Below, in pieces: positions 25,653-39,903 of a DNA stretch of 64,000 nt. The DNA is from Macrostomum lignano (lineage: Eukaryota). Where the stretch lies: assembly GCA_002269645.1 (NCBI GenBank), contig NIVC01001522.1, positions 210,247 through 274,246 of the forward strand, written 5' to 3'. A program made the translations under genes and the position numbers. The notes under the pieces were generated by a model. That model ran no database searches. It saw only the letters and a program-made list of their open reading frames with translations, and was not told the origin of the DNA. Within the stretch, counting starts at the first letter, position 1, and every line of letters begins with the position of its first letter.

Positions 25653-26590
25653 TGTGCTAGGCTTTCTTCCTCTACCTCTCAAAATGCCACCAAGTTGTGC
25701 TAGACCTTATGTTTCCTACTGAAAAAAACTATCTCACCAATTTGCTGCAGTCCTTTAGTTCTAATTTCTTTATCCTATAAATTGTCACTAGTATATCTAC
25801 TTTGAGTAGCGTTGGCAGCCCGAAACTATTACTCTTCCTAGAAACTTCTAATTTCACACGATTTCCTAGAAATCTTGTGATAGCGTGTAGTGCCCGAGCG
25901 GTAAGACACTGTCTAATTTCCTAATTTAGTCCGAAAGTCTAGCGTTTTCCGAGGATCAAGGGTGTCCAGCAGTAGCTAATTCACTCCTCTAATGCCTAAT
26001 CTCCTAGCGTCTAATACCTATTATTAGCCAGTACGGCTTTCTTAGAGTCTGTACGACCTTAATTTTCTCCTTATTTTTAGACCTCTATCTTGGATCTCCA
26101 CGACCTCTAGTTTCTCCCTATTCAGATCCCTAGTTCTGGGTCTCCACGACCTCTGGTTTCTCCCTATTCTGATCCCTAGTTCTGGGTCTCCACGACCTCT
26201 GGTTTCTCCCTATTCTGATCCCTAGTCCTGTATTCGTACAAAGAACTAAGACTCGCAGGTTTCAACTTACGTTTGGTTTGAATGTTAAACGCTGCTTCTC
26301 CGATTGAGAGCGAGCTCGCGAAGATTCGCGGAAGAGCAAGTTACTTTTATTTTTGGTAAATTGTTTCGCTTATATAGGGGATAAAACTCGATTTGATTGG
26401 TTGACATTAATTATAACAAAAATAGTTTACGAAATTTTAACAAAGTATTAAACTCCATTGGCTGAGATTATTTAAAACAAAACAATTTAGGGATTTAAAC
26501 AAGGAAATTCACTGATTGGCTGAGTAAAAATAGCTCATTAAACCCGCTTAAAACTACTATTAGTAAGAATAAAAGATCGACCCTATTACA
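25653..26590 (-). mobile_element. Solo LTR, family A copy 2
   Basis: TGTGCTAGG...TATTACA, flanked by an ATAT duplication. Confidence 0.8.
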
Positions 26591-28357
26591 ATATTTTTTG
26601 TACTTTTTGTACTTATATATTTGTATTTATACTGCTGCATGTCCAGCTTTCACTAGGAGTTTTGCTTCCAATAACGAGACAGATTACAGCTGGTACGCCG
26701 ATTTTTGCTCCTGAATCGGTCAAATGTTATTCTGTTTAGCCTAGCTACATGTAAATGAAACTCATCCCACATTTAGAATTTTAGACTAAAGCAATGAACT
26801 TGAGATCTGAAATCTTGAATGTTTCGTCGTTATTAAAGCATTATTTCAAACGCTGCTAATATGAACAGCAAGTATCCTACCGATGTTTCCCTTTTCCATC
26901 GTTCCTTATTTCCTTTAAATGTATATAATTCGTCACTTCTTTTTGAAAAATCAGACGCAAAATGCACTACTTTGAGAAGTAGACAGACAGAAAGTAATTG
27001 AATTAATCTAATTTTAGCCGGAATCTATTGAATGTAAGATTATCCTAATAATATAATAGATATTTTGCTATTTAAGTCTTCATATAAACGATTCTTAGAG
27101 GACGAGCGTACATGCATATTCAAATGGTATGCTAGACTGAAAAATGGCATGCAGATGCATCTAAATTATTATAGCTTCAAAATTCGAAAATTATTTGTAA
27201 ACTATATACACTACTTTTTCTGATACTCAAAATAGACAGGACTTAAAATGCAGTATAGAAATTTTAATATTGATAGAGCTGGTTGTCCTGTTTTAATTTT
27301 TATAAGTGTAACTGTACTAGCATACTTTGAACAAATAATTAGTTTAATGACAGTGATAAGTAATTCTGCGAACTTCAGCTATCAAAATTAATTTTTTGCA
27401 TTGAAGCAAAAGAAACAGAAAAAACTAGATGATAACAACATTAAAATATGTTGTAAATTTATAGTATTACCTTACATGTATAGCTACACAAGTGATGAAT
27501 CACACATTATGTACATTTATACCAAAAGTATCGACTTTTAACAGAAATGACTAAAAATGCTTCTAACCCCATATGTACTTTATTATTGTGGTAAGTTTCA
27601 GATCTGCAGTTTGCTCCAGGTCACCGTGCTGAATTTCGGGTTACAAAAATATGAGCATTTGTGCACATTTTCTGTATTTTTTTGCAATTTGTATTTTATA
27701 CAAGTAAGCAATCCAAAAATAAAAAATGCCTAATTGTGCCATTGTTAGGAGTAGTTATTATTAATTTCGTGCATTTTAATCCTCTAGTTTCGTCAGAATG
27801 AATTTCGAATTGCACCAATTTTGTGGTAGGGAAAATTGACCTGTGTAAAGAACTTATTGATTTTCATAAAAACCTCTGCCGATTCTGTCCAGATACAATC
27901 ATTAACGTGAGCATCTAATGCTAAAGTTCTCTAAAAAACAAAATTTTCCATTGCTTTTTTCAACGAAAAAAGTAGGACATGCATAAGTGGTCCGTAAAAG
28001 CTTTTAATTCAGAGTTGTAAATTTCAGTGCCAATATTTCTATGTCAAAAATACAGCAGCAAACAATATCTTTACTTTCTGTACTCTGAAACGCATAAATT
28101 AGATAGTTATCTGCAAAAAACATACGACCAAGTTGAGACAACAAATAAACATACTCTCAAAAGACTAAATAATGTGTAAAAATATAGTCAGTCAATCCGT
28201 GGAAAGTAATTTCTCGATAAAGATAAACTGCCGTTATAGGCTTATTTTCGCAACTTTTTGTAAAGCTTTATGTATAAATCAAGTATTTCTTCCTAACGTA
28301 CACATTAGATTAATTTGCCTTCTGATTTTTCTTGACATTCTCAATATCTCAGAAGTT

Positions 28358-31140
28358 TTATAAAGCTTTTGTTTGTTTTAACGTACTAACCATTTTTTTA
28401 GAATGACCCGGCAGATCGGCCTTGAAATGCCCTATTCGACCTGTCGCTAGGATGAACCGCTTGAGGGCGCGGCGACAATTGCGAAACTTCATCTCCTGCG
28501 TGCCGGGACTGTTCTGCGGTTCGTCATCTTTTTGCTCAGGGGCTTGCTCCTCGCCTAGGTCCACTCTGAGTAGAGCCGCAAAGTCGATTCCTTCGGGCTG
28601 TTGGCTTGTCGTTACTTCATCCGATTCCTCGATCGTGTTGAGGCCCTCTTTATGTTGTCTGATCTCTTCCATTAATCTCGCCATCTCATCTATAAACTCT
28701 ACTTCCTCTATTTTGGTCTCCCTCTCCAACTCTTCCAAATCTATCAATGACTAAATTCCCTTCTGGCTCGCTACCTTCTTCTTTTAGCTCCTGTTTCCGC
28801 TTCTTGCAGTCGTCTTCGCTGCTTGCTACATGCACGGCCCTAATTCGCAGGGGTTCGTTCTCTTCTTGTTCCTCCTCGTGCCTTCTCTTTTGGCCATAGA
28901 TCTTCTTAGGGTAGCTACGGAGTGGGGCGTCGGCCATCGTTTATTCAACTCTTGAGCCGTAAGAGGTTGAATGGGTTGAAGAATCCTCTGTACATAACTT
29001 TTTCTGACTTGGCCTAACAGTTCATCTATCTGGAGCATGACGCTCTCTCGCTGGTCTGGCTTTTAAATTATTCCCTATATTATTATTATTAATATTAATA
29101 TTATTATTATTATTGTTATCATTCAATTGTCCTGGCATAACTCCTTGTACACCTAATAGATTATTTTGATTGTTATTTAGATGCTGCACTTGCTGATTTG
29201 GTACTGGCACTAACTGCACATGCACATTATTTTGATTTTGCTCTGGCATTAACTGCGCATTTTTTTGACTTTGCACTGGCGTGAACTGCACTGCATCTCC
29301 ATACTCATCCTCGCTTTCTGATTCGTTGTACACATTCGGCTGATTAGTTAATTGTTCCCTACTGCACTGCTTTCTCTGTTTTTTTGGCTTAGCACTAACT
29401 TCTTCCTGATACTCTACTTGTGGTGCTCTCATTTGATTATCCCTATGCATAATAAGTTCCTGTTTTCTAGCTTTTTTATTTTTTTAACTGGCCTCATCTT
29501 AAAAACTACTTCGGATAGTTGTTCTACAATTTCGTAAACTGGTCTGTTGTTTTCTGTAAAATTTTTTAGCCTCTGTGTTGGCAATTACTGGATTATTGAT
29601 AAATGCTAAACTTCCTACAGGCAATGTTTTCGGCTTAGGCTTATTAGAGTATTCCTGCCCACGGTTTTGTTTCACTAACTTTAATCTCTTTCTCGCTAGT
29701 TCTTGGCCTTCCTGCAGATTCATCTAATGTTCATTCATCTAATAAGATGGCCAACTTGGAACTGCTTTGGCTCGTTCAGCTCATTTTCGCAGGGCATTTT
29801 GGCCTCTCCTAAGACTAAAGAGTGCAGACTAAATCCTGTGGCAGTGTGCGTGCTGGTTCTCAGAGCTGTTATGCAACCTGGCAACAGAACGTCCCAGTTG
29901 GAATGCTTCTTCTCCAGTAAACAGTCGAGAATTGATTTAATCTGCTCTGCGGATAGTAACTAGTTGTTCAGGTGCGTCTAATGCCATGAAGGTCTAAAAA
30001 TTTCTTAAAGGCCCTACCAGTGAACTGTGTTCCCTTGTCTGTGTGAATGCATTGTGGAATCTCAAAATCAGCGAAAACGTGTTCTTGCAAAATCTTGATA
30101 ACTGTTTTAGCCTTCTGATTCTTAATTGCGTATGCGAATGGAAACTTGCTAGTGCTGTCTATTACTGAAAGTACATATTTGTTCTCTGAATTTCTAGTTT
30201 TGCCAATAGGTGCTATCAGATTTATGTGTAATCTACAAAACGGTTTGACTACAGGATAGTTCTGAATTGGTGCCTTAATTATTTGTCTAGTCTTACTTTC
30301 TAAGCATGATTTACATTTGGCTACGTAGCGTTCGACTGTTGTTGCTAATCCTAGCCTCCAAAATCGAGTTTTAATTCTCTGATAAGTTTTATCTCGACCT
30401 AGGTGTCCCGCTAACGGGGAATCACGCAATTGGTGAAAGACTTCACTATCCAGAGACTTAAGTAACACTACCTTTGGATCAGTCTGCCCCATAGATAAGT
30501 CTACTTTGAGTAGACCGTCCTCAATTCGGAGCAACTCATAATAACCTAGAATGTTCCTACAGTCGTGGGTTAATTCTAGCCGTTCTTGAAATGTCTGTTT
30601 AGGCGAGTCATTCTCAATTGGATTTCTAACAAAGCCTACCGCTGGATCGGCTGGCTGTGCTGCGATCAATTGGTCATGGCAAACTGGGCTACAGAGATAG
30701 TCACTGAGCAGGGCATTGCGTGCAGGCGGATTTCTGGTTTTAGGCTCCTGTCCCTGTCTATTGTCTAGCCTACTGCTACTTAAGATCGAAGTATTGTGTC
30801 GGTTTGTGACAGTGTCTTGTGACGAACAGCATGACAGAACTCCACTGCTCGAGCTACGGGTTTCGGCAAACGCGGAATTGCCTGAGCTGACAGTAGAAGC
30901 TAAAGCTGGGTCTATATTTACAGTTTCCCTACCTGGCATGTGGGGACATCTCATGGGTCGTTATGAGGTCGTTGCAGGGTGCAAATACAGTCTGTAGGCC
31001 CTGTGAGCTTTTGTCCACTGGAGCGCAAAGCCTCACTGACTCTCGCATTTTCCCCTGCCATTAACGCTCCTTTGAGGAGGAAACCGTTGTGCAACTTGCC
31101 GGAATCAGATGTGCCGTCCCTCACCTTTACCATCGTGCCC
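28358..31140 (-). mobile_element. Degraded Ty3/Gypsy internal region (integrase and 3' ORF remnants)
   Basis: ORF 29968-30954 has the integrase Zn-binding region (GHLGRDKTY...CKSC) and rve core (LSVIDSTSKF, IHTDKGTQF); stops and frameshifts; low-complexity 3' ORFs at 28358-29450. Confidence 0.8.
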
Positions 31141-32479
31141 TTTAGAAGTCACCACTGAAAAAATCGATGACGGTTCTATAACAAAATTTCGTTATCGAAT
31201 CGTGAGCGAAAATGGCACACAGGATCTGTACGAATCCAATGATAGATAGTTGACAGAAGTTTCGATACGATATTTTAGTCATAGTCTACTTGAAGTAGCA
31301 GTACGGAAATTTAAATCAACGAGGCTTTGAATTTTATGTTGTTGCATGAAGATCAGTTCTTCAGTGGAGCTGTGGATTTTTTCTTTTATTTAATGAAGTC
31401 ACATTTACATGCACCATAAGCAAGACTGCAAGTCACAAACTTTACAAAAATAGTACGCGTATTTTTAAGCAAAAGGATAATAAAACGAGACATGCATGCA
31501 CATCAGTCCGGCCCTTGTACATTTACTTGAAAGTAGCCCATTTTTCATTTTGATTATTATAGAGTTGAATTTGACCACAGCACACATAGAAACTTTGAAA
31601 CTAGAAGTATATGCTAGTATTTCGGCAAAGCACAAGCGCTAAATTTTTTTTTGAGAAAAATAAAAAGGTAATCTGCTGTTAAGTGATTAAATGTCAGACT
31701 CCCGGATAGCAAATAATGCAAATTAGTGTACAGCGTATTCTGCTAATTAACATTGAAAAGTTTTGTGCAACTGGCATTACAGTGTTTAAAATGTTTTGGT
31801 TACATAAGAATAAAATTGCAGTTGAAAACCCATTAAAATGAAGTAGAGAGTAAGTGTTAGCCATAGCATACAATAAATACAGACTGCATTACATAAATTT
31901 CTATAAGAGCTACTTGAACCCACTTACAGTAGTATAGTGGGAAGGTGTGCATGTAAAGCTATGAATAGCAAGTAAATCCATGCGAGAATTATTCATGCTT
32001 GACCGAAACTACATGTACACCTTGTGCAATTGTCTTAAATTTTTTACTAGCAAACCCATATCCTAAAAATAATATTTAATACTAATGCACAGCACTAATT
32101 TTGTTAATCAGTCCTTCTTAAGAAACAGTAAGGAAACCCATGTGATGCAGGTGAGCCGCTAAATTGTAAAATCCCAACCAATCGACTGGCTGAGTCTTAA
32201 CGCATTCAGGTTTAAAACCATATACCATCCCATTTCTACCTCGTATACTGTTCATTTATAACTTTATCGTAGAAGCGAATGTACTGTAAGAGGCTGTAGT
32301 TTTGACTGTTTTCTTCGCACTCGATGCAAAGCGTACCGATTTTTTTACATACTTATATGATGCAGTACCCGCCCGGTAATAATAAATTTACAAAAAAGGA
32401 ACTACGAGTAAAAAGTACTTTCAAGTCATGGCACAAATGACGAGTGTAGAATCACGTTCAGAATCAAAGCCGAAATGGA

Positions 32480-33290
32480 CCTGATTGGCTAGCAGCTGCT
32501 TCATAGGTCTGACGCTGGCTCCAGCTCTGCTTCATTCCGCCTTTCTGCGCAGGAGCGTCGGCCAAAAAGTGGGCCAACTTCTCTATGATTTATTTTTCCG
32601 TAATTTTTCCTCCAGGCTGAATTATGGCCTCTACGGATTTAGTGGATTTTTTACTGCGTATTATTTGCTGCTATCAAAACTTATTTAATCTTGTTATAAA
32701 ATGGTATGAAGAGAAGTTTGACTGATAAGTGTAGCATTTTTTCAGCTCGTATTGCTGTCGGCTAGAATTCCTATCTTTTAAACTTGCCGCTGTAATTCTT
32801 TTTTAGATAAGTGGTGCTCAAGCTTAAATGTATCAATTAACTGACTCACTGGACTGGATTATCCAAATTCAAATGAGGAACTAGTATAGATTCCATTTCT
32901 ATTTTTTGTAATTTTTTTGTGAATAGGCTTATAACTCCTATTGAAGAAATAGTAAAGTGACAAATTATCTATAGTCGCCCTGGTTATTTGAAGATAAAGC
33001 TAGGATGCTGTGAGAGTGGCACACTTTTCAATGCGTTACAAGCTTACCTTTTATCTGTTGCTCCACCTGTACGAAGCTTCGCTTAGGAGGCGAGGCTTTC
33101 CAGTTTGGTTGTACTGGCACTGTACGTCAGTGCTCATTAGGCGATTAGTCATTCGGCTGACCATGTCACGTAGATTTTCTTCACCTGAAAGCCGAAGCTC
33201 GTCGATCTGCAAAATGAACAGTATGGATAATTTCAATAGTTGTTTCTGTTTACCAGTGCGACTTTTAGCTGTCAGTGCCAACAGTTTTCG
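32480..33290 (-). pseudogene. Remnant of a second DUF4806-type accessory gene
   Basis: ELRLSGEENLRDMVSRMTNRLMSTDVQCQYNQTGK at 33051-33281, plus a likely last exon IIEKLAHFLADAPAQKGG at ~32480-32610. Confidence 0.5.
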
Positions 33291-33335
33291 TCATGGGAAT
33301 TGTGATTGATAAAATCAGAATTCAAAAACTTAATA

Positions 33336-34800
33336 CAAGGGGTGTCCCATAAGTCGGTGCAATTTCTTCACTACAGCCTTTTCTGACCGATCAGAAATAT
33401 TTATTTTGTAGCAGTTAACAAGAGAATTATCTGCCCGTTAAAATGACTTTTTGTTTATTTCTGTATCTGCTGGCATTCTTGAGATATGAGAACTTTTCTG
33501 CCCCACCCCCTGTGCTACTACAAATTGCCATAGATCAAAGCTTTGTACCTGATGCACGAAACAACGAAACATTCAACGAATCAACAAAACATCCGCAACA
33601 TGAAAGCTGAGGAAATAACATTGTCAATGAACATTGTCCTGAGGCTTCTCCACATAGTCACCACTGCGCTGCACACACTTCTGCCATCGGCTGTGCATGT
33701 CGTCAATGGCATCAGCAAAATCTGAGCGCGGCATCTCATGCAGGAGAACTTGGCGAGTCAATGCTTCCAGGCTCCCACAAAAAGCAACGATTCGTCCATG
33801 CAGCAGCTTCTTCATCCTTGAGCCCTTGACGGCGATCACATTTGCCCACTTCTTCGGGAGCTCGTTGATTGCCTGCCAAAAGACGGCGCGGAATTCCTGC
33901 GAGCGAAGCACGCGCATCGCCTCGGCCTCCACTTGCGCGCGGTCGCTGCTAAGCACTCGACCCCGCATGAGCTGCTTGAATGCTCCAAATACTCTGTTGT
34001 CACGTCGATTCGCAATAACAGCCACCTTGAGGCGCTCAAGCTGTTCCTGGTAGTGCACTGAGTTGACAGTCTTGCCATCCGGCAGAAAGTCGACCAGCAG
34101 GGGACTTTGACCATCGAAGAAGTGAGAGATAATGATCTTCTTTGTCCACGTCGCCCGAGGCTTCGTAGGCGAGTTTTAGCCTCGCACGCACCACTCAGCG
34201 TCTTTCTGCTTGCCAGCCGACTCAAAAAAGGGCAGCCACGTCTCGTCGCACGTTATGATCTTGTCAAGGAAAGGCTGACCCTCGAGAGTGTAGGCAGCCT
34301 GCAGCGCGTGTGCAACCTCGACACGTCGACTCTTCTGCTCTGGCGTGAGGATGCGACGAATCCATCGACAGGAGAGGCGGGACAGCCCAAGATCGGTCTT
34401 GAGAATCTCGTGCACATATGGATTTGAAAGGCCAACAGTAGCAGAAAGCCTGCGAAGTGAGCTCTTAGGCGCAGCTTTTACAGCAGCTTCAACAGCAAGA
34501 ACGCTTTGCAGACGGGCGCGCACCTGCGCCGGTGTGGAGCCAGATGGGCCAGGCGCGATGTCAAGCGTGGTGCGGCCCTCTTTGAACTCGCGAACCCACC
34601 GTCGGACAGTCGGTTCGCTTGGCACGGCCTCTCCATATGTCGCAACAAGCTCTGCGTGCATTTCAGCCGCATTTGTGCGTCCGCTGTCGATCCAGAAGCG
34701 AATGACGCCACGCATTGTTGGTTTGATGTCTTTTATTGAAGCTGATGTCATCTTGTGTTTTTTAGCAACATTTAGCCTACTGAACGGTTAACTTGTGCCA
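33336..34800 (-). mobile_element. Mariner transposon with a defective transposase (33624-34751)
   Basis: HTH region (TVRRWVREFKEG), IITCDETW and C-terminal RWQKCVQRSGDY. Frameshift at ~34180; the YSPDLAP region is deleted. One TIR, TA|CAAGGGGTGTCCCATAAG, at 33336; the other was not found. Confidence 0.85.
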
Positions 34801-35119
34801 ATTGTTGAACTTATTTGCTTAAAGACTGATTAAGCAGAGGGATTGCAGGGTAGGCTGAGATTTGATGCTGCAATTTGCGGCTTTAGACTGCGATCTGTCA
34901 CCCGCAGCTAGTGAAATCGCAATTTATAGCCATATAAATCACCACGTGATGGGCCATAACTCAGCTAATAAAAGTGCTAGATAAAAAAAATCAACACTCA
35001 TCTAGACCATTGATCGTTTTTCCTTAAGCTAACTGCTGTTTTAGGCAATTTAGATGCTGTTATTATAGAAATTAGTGCCCAAACGATCACTATCCCAGCT
35101 AGCAACCTTTGTATATGTC

Positions 35120-35380
35120 AATTGGCTCCATGTAAAATAGCCGTCTTCTCGTCGTTTAAACGAATGCGTTGTCCGATTTTGTTCGAACTTTGCACCATTC
35201 GATCAGAAATTTTTCCGTGACGGTACATGTATCTTGGCTAAGAAATTGCTAAATGCTAAAGGGATTAAATATTCGAAAAGCATGCTTTTTTTCAAAGGTC
35301 AAGCAAACTTTTCGACTTGAAATTCATTGTAAGAATGCTAGAAAAAAATTGACTTGTTGAATTCTTATTCTGAAATATAT
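35120..35380 (+). mobile_element. Partial copy of the Helitron 5' region, continuing at 43460-43790
   Basis: Homologous to ~1911-2140; homology resumes at 43460 (tgcatc...) and matches 2140-2530, including the tRNA-like segment. Confidence 0.75.
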
Positions 35381-37017
35381 TGTGGACAAGCGTGGTACCT
35401 GCGGTTTAGGCTACTGGTTTGTTGGTTTATTTTTAATTTGATTAATCTGAGCTCGAGAGACTCCGGGCTTAGATTAAGCTGGAAGATTTCCTAGCTACCT
35501 TAATTTGAATGAATAGTTGTTACGATCTAGGTCACCTTGCTCTACTAATCTGCTATTACGTACTTTTATTTGGTAGGTCGCTGCCACCAGACTAATGCCC
35601 CTTATAATTAATGTTAAATTAAAATAAGTGAGACAAGAGTCAATTTCATATAAGATTATTTTAGATCAAACAAACAAAAGAAATATTATTTAACCAAATA
35701 TGCAAAGAAAGTACACAATTAATCCCTATGTTAACAATTCGGTAGACTCCGATTCTTAATTATATTAATGGTAGACTTCCTTAGTCTTTCCCTATTTTAT
35801 CTAACTGACTATACTAATATTCCTATTCTCGGTAGACTCCGTTTGACTAAGTGGTAGACTCCTTCTTAGCCTCCCTATTTTACCCTTTTTAGAGTTTTAT
35901 CCTTAACTTACCCTTAATTTCCTTAAGTTTCTATATTAAATCTTTGAAAGGAAACTCCCTTATTTTCTATTTTTGAATTGAGATATTTTGTCTCTATAAA
36001 TACTGTCCTGATGGACGGTCCTGAACGGATCCTTGACTGATTGTCCCGAACGGATGCTTCTTCCGAGGCTTTTTCACTTTCACTTCACTTGATAGGTACG
36101 AGCGCGTCAGCCCCTATCCGGGGCTCTTACGCTACTAGTATATATTTGGTTTTCCGAATTATTGGTGTAAAATTAGTTCGAGGTTTGAGAAATAAATCTA
36201 TAATACAGTATAAAAACAAATTGTTTGTGGATAAATATAAAATATTTGGTGTAATAGATAAAAATAAAACATTTGATACAATTCTAATAAAACAGCATTT
36301 ATAACAAATATTTGGTGCAATAAATCAAATATAAAACATTTGGTGCAATAAAACAAATAAAACAGCATATATAACAAATATTTAGTGCAATGTATGAGTT
36401 GGAAATTTAAAAGAAAAATATTTTTAGTTAATGTGATTTAAATAGCAGTTTTAATAGGTGTAATGATAATAAAACAAATAAATACCAATAAATCAAATAT
36501 ATATCACAAAGGTATTTAGGTCTGTTTGGACTTGTCTTTAATACTAAATTTGTAAATTATCTGCCGATAATTCAAAGAGGGACAGCCATGTTCTAAAGAT
36601 ACTACCACAATGAAAAGTGCTGACCCTACGAAAACGAAGTTTTCGCAACGGGAGAACCAGATTTTGAAAACTATAAATACCGTTCCTGTACCTGCAGGAG
36701 CAAGCACAGCTTACTCAGTCTAAGTTAAGGGCCTCACGGTCCATCTGGTTTGGGGTTCCAGATTTAAAACGTCCCCCGGCCTGAGTGAGCTGCAGTGCAG
36801 ACTAAATGAATAAAACTGAGTGCGGACTAAGCAGCCACGTGTCCCTACGGGGAATAAGCTCGGGCCGCCGTTCCGTCATACGGCAAAATTTTTTCGCTTT
36901 AACTTATTTTGCCTTATTTAGTAAATAGACTGTACAAACAGACTCGAATATTTTTTGAAAAACAGCAAGAGGTTCTCACGCAGAGACTGCTCGAGGTAAG
37001 TAAAAGATTATTTTAAG

Positions 37018-39876
37018 TTATCTTATGGCTTTCCTGAATTTTGTTGTGACGGGTTCTCTAAACCCTGGTCTGCACCATTCTTTGTGATCAGAGTGAAAGT
37101 CATGGACTTCCGATAGCAGAACTTTTTTGTACCACCTAAGGCCTAGGTTCCAAACCCTCTCCTTAAACCTAGGCATCTTGGTGATATCATGCAGGTAGCT
37201 AATTTTGGTGTATTTGGGGGCTCCAAGCACCAATCTGAGTGCTTGATTTTGAAGAAGCTGCAGTCTTTGGATGAGTGCATCGGAGGCGTTGACAAGAATC
37301 GGCGCACCGTATGTCATGCCGCTCTCAATGTAAGCCCTGTAAAGGAGTCGAAGCGCGAGCTGAGAAATTCTTGTGTTGCGGGCAATTCTCCTCAATGCTT
37401 CAAGCTTGGCCATGGCGATGCCGGCAGTCCTCGAGATGTGCTGCCTATAGTTTAAGTCTCTGTCAAGCGTGACACCAAGAAACGTGACAGAGTCATGGTA
37501 CGGAATAAAGTCCTTTCCAAGTTTGAGTGGAGGATTGGCGGGGCCGGTGGAATAGGGACTCTTGTATTTGAAGAAAGCCACCGCCTTGCTTTTGGTGGGG
37601 TTGATGGATATGCCCACATCATCTAGCCATTTCTTGAGTATGACCAGGTAGCCGTTCAGTCTCTTGGCCGTCATCTTGGAAGTTTTCGCGCTCGCCCAGA
37701 CTGCCAGATCGTCAGCAAATTGACTTTTCTTGACTTTAATGTCGCGCGGGACAGGAATCGAGCTGACATAAATGATAAACAATAGTGGGGAAAGAACCCC
37801 TCCTTGCGGGACACCTGCAGCCGGACTGAAGCCTTCGCTGACCGCCCCCCCCCCCAACCTGAATAGTAATTTCCCTGTCGTCGAGGTAGCTGGAGATGAT
37901 CCTGATCATGTTGTGCGGCAGGTCGCTGTCAAACATTCGGTACCTAAGGTAGCTATGCCAGACACCGTCGAAGGCACCTTTGACATCAAAGAAGACTCCA
38001 AGAGTCACATGTCTCCATTGGTTCATTTTATGTATATCGTCTGTGAGTCGCACAATGTTATCAAGCGTACAGTGATCTTGTCTGTACGCACATTGGTCTT
38101 CGTTAATAATACCTTTGTTTTCTAAAATCATTCTAAGATATCTGGCAATTACTTTTTCGTACAGTTTTCCTAAGCAGGAGGTTAGACTGATGGGCCTGTA
38201 GTTATTAATTTCATGTCTTGATTTTTTTGGCTTCGGTATCATTTTAATAGTTGCCCGCTTCCAGGTCTTGGGAAAGTAGCCCAGAAGAAAGCTTGTATTG
38301 AAGATTTTGGCAATAGTCTTTACAGAGTCTGGGCTAAGCCCTTTCTTTAGGACAATATTAGGGATCAGATCGGGGCCTGGAGCACCCCCAGACCTAAGAT
38401 TTTTGGTTTCCATAAGGACATCTATATCCAGGATGTTGAGGATGTCAGACTCCATGTCCTCTTTTCCAGGGTCACTAGGGTCAGCCCTGTCACGGTGGTA
38501 GGTCAGAGCTCTGACCATACTGTCGTGGGGACGGAAGTTCTCATGATCTTCTTTAGAGATGACTTTATCATACTCGTAAAGCTTGGACTTAGTATCGGGA
38601 TGAGGCAACATTTGGTCTCTAAGGAAGTCTTGAAATAAGTTAGCAGTCTCTTTCTCTGTTTCAGCCGTAACCCCGTTGTAGCTAAGGGCGGGAAAAGAGA
38701 ATGGTTGGATGGCTTGCCCAGTCATTTTTTTTATGTCAACCCAGAATTGACGCGGTTCTTTTCTGTAACTGGTTTTTGCAATTTTGTTACACAAATTTTC
38801 AAATTTCCTATATCTATGCATTTTTATAGCATTTCTGACCTCTTTAGCAGCTTGGTTGGCTTGAACTCTAAACGCATCAATTCTGGTTTGTTTGAAAAGT
38901 TTTCTAAGCTTTCTTCTGTTTTTGATCTTAGCTACAATGTCAGGTGGGAGTTGTTCTCTCGGGTCCCTGTTAGGGACTACCTCTTCTATTGTTTCTTGAA
39001 TTTTAACCGTGAGTTTATCAACCACTTTGTCAAGTTCAGCAGGGGTGGAGATACGGGATCGAGTCATACTGCAATTTTCAATTTTGTCTTGGAGAACGTA
39101 TCTGAAGGTCTCCCAATCCGTGTGCCAGTAACTTTTGGGTGGTTTTGGTTTAGCTTTAGAGTTGGGGTCAATAAAAACTGTAACGATAATGGGAAGGTGG
39201 TCACTGTCGAGATCGTCGCCAACAATGACATCACTAACAGAGTTAATCAGGTCAGGGGAGCAGATGCCTAGATCAAGGACATTGCCTTTAATATTTCCTC
39301 CTCTATTGTTAATCCTGGTGCAGTCACCAAAGGAGTTAAGAATGAAGGGGGGGTCCGGGTGGTTATCGAACCATTCATAGAGTTGTTTTCCCGGGAAGTT
39401 TTCTGCACTGTCACCGCCCAGCATGGCGTGGCGACAGTTCAGATCTCCTATTAGTAAGGATCTGGGTTGGGAGAGCAACTGCTCAAGCAGTGCAGTGCTG
39501 ATTTGGTCAGGATTTGGAGCTCTGTAAATAAGGGTAATCCTGAGAGTGTTGCTGGGGTTATTGTTTGGAGTGACATTAAGGCTAATAAACTCATGGTTAG
39601 AGTTGTCATAAAATTTGTTGACTTTCGATACATTTAAGGTATTCTTATAAGCAATTGCCAGACCTCTTCTGCATCAGGAGTGTCGTATCTGATAACCGCA
39701 TAGCCTTGAACATAGAACTTGTCCTTATTTTTAAGATCAGTTTCGGAGAATAGACCAATGTCCACGTTGTCATTGTGCAACCACATAATAATTTCGTGCA
39801 TTTTGTTGCTAAGTTTATTGCAGTTTAGGTGGCCAATTTTCAGTGTGCTATTTGAATTTTTACTATTGAAAGCCAT
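37018..39876 (-). CDS. LINE ORF2: APE endonuclease + reverse transcriptase (frameshifted)
   Basis: HLNCN, SET, GDLNCRH, SDHLPI; NYRPISLTSCLGKLYE, FFDVKGAFD, GVPQGGVLSPLLF, FADD. Frameshifts near 39650, 39500 and 37860. No RNase H seen. Confidence 0.92.
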
Positions 39877-39903
39877 AATTACATTTTTCAGGTTTCTCAG
39901 TGC

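Noticed and set aside
22203-26590. A single LTR retrotransposon or composite element carrying a transposase
   Set aside because: Each repeat has its own ATAT duplication, the copies are diverged, and there is no gag/pol between them.
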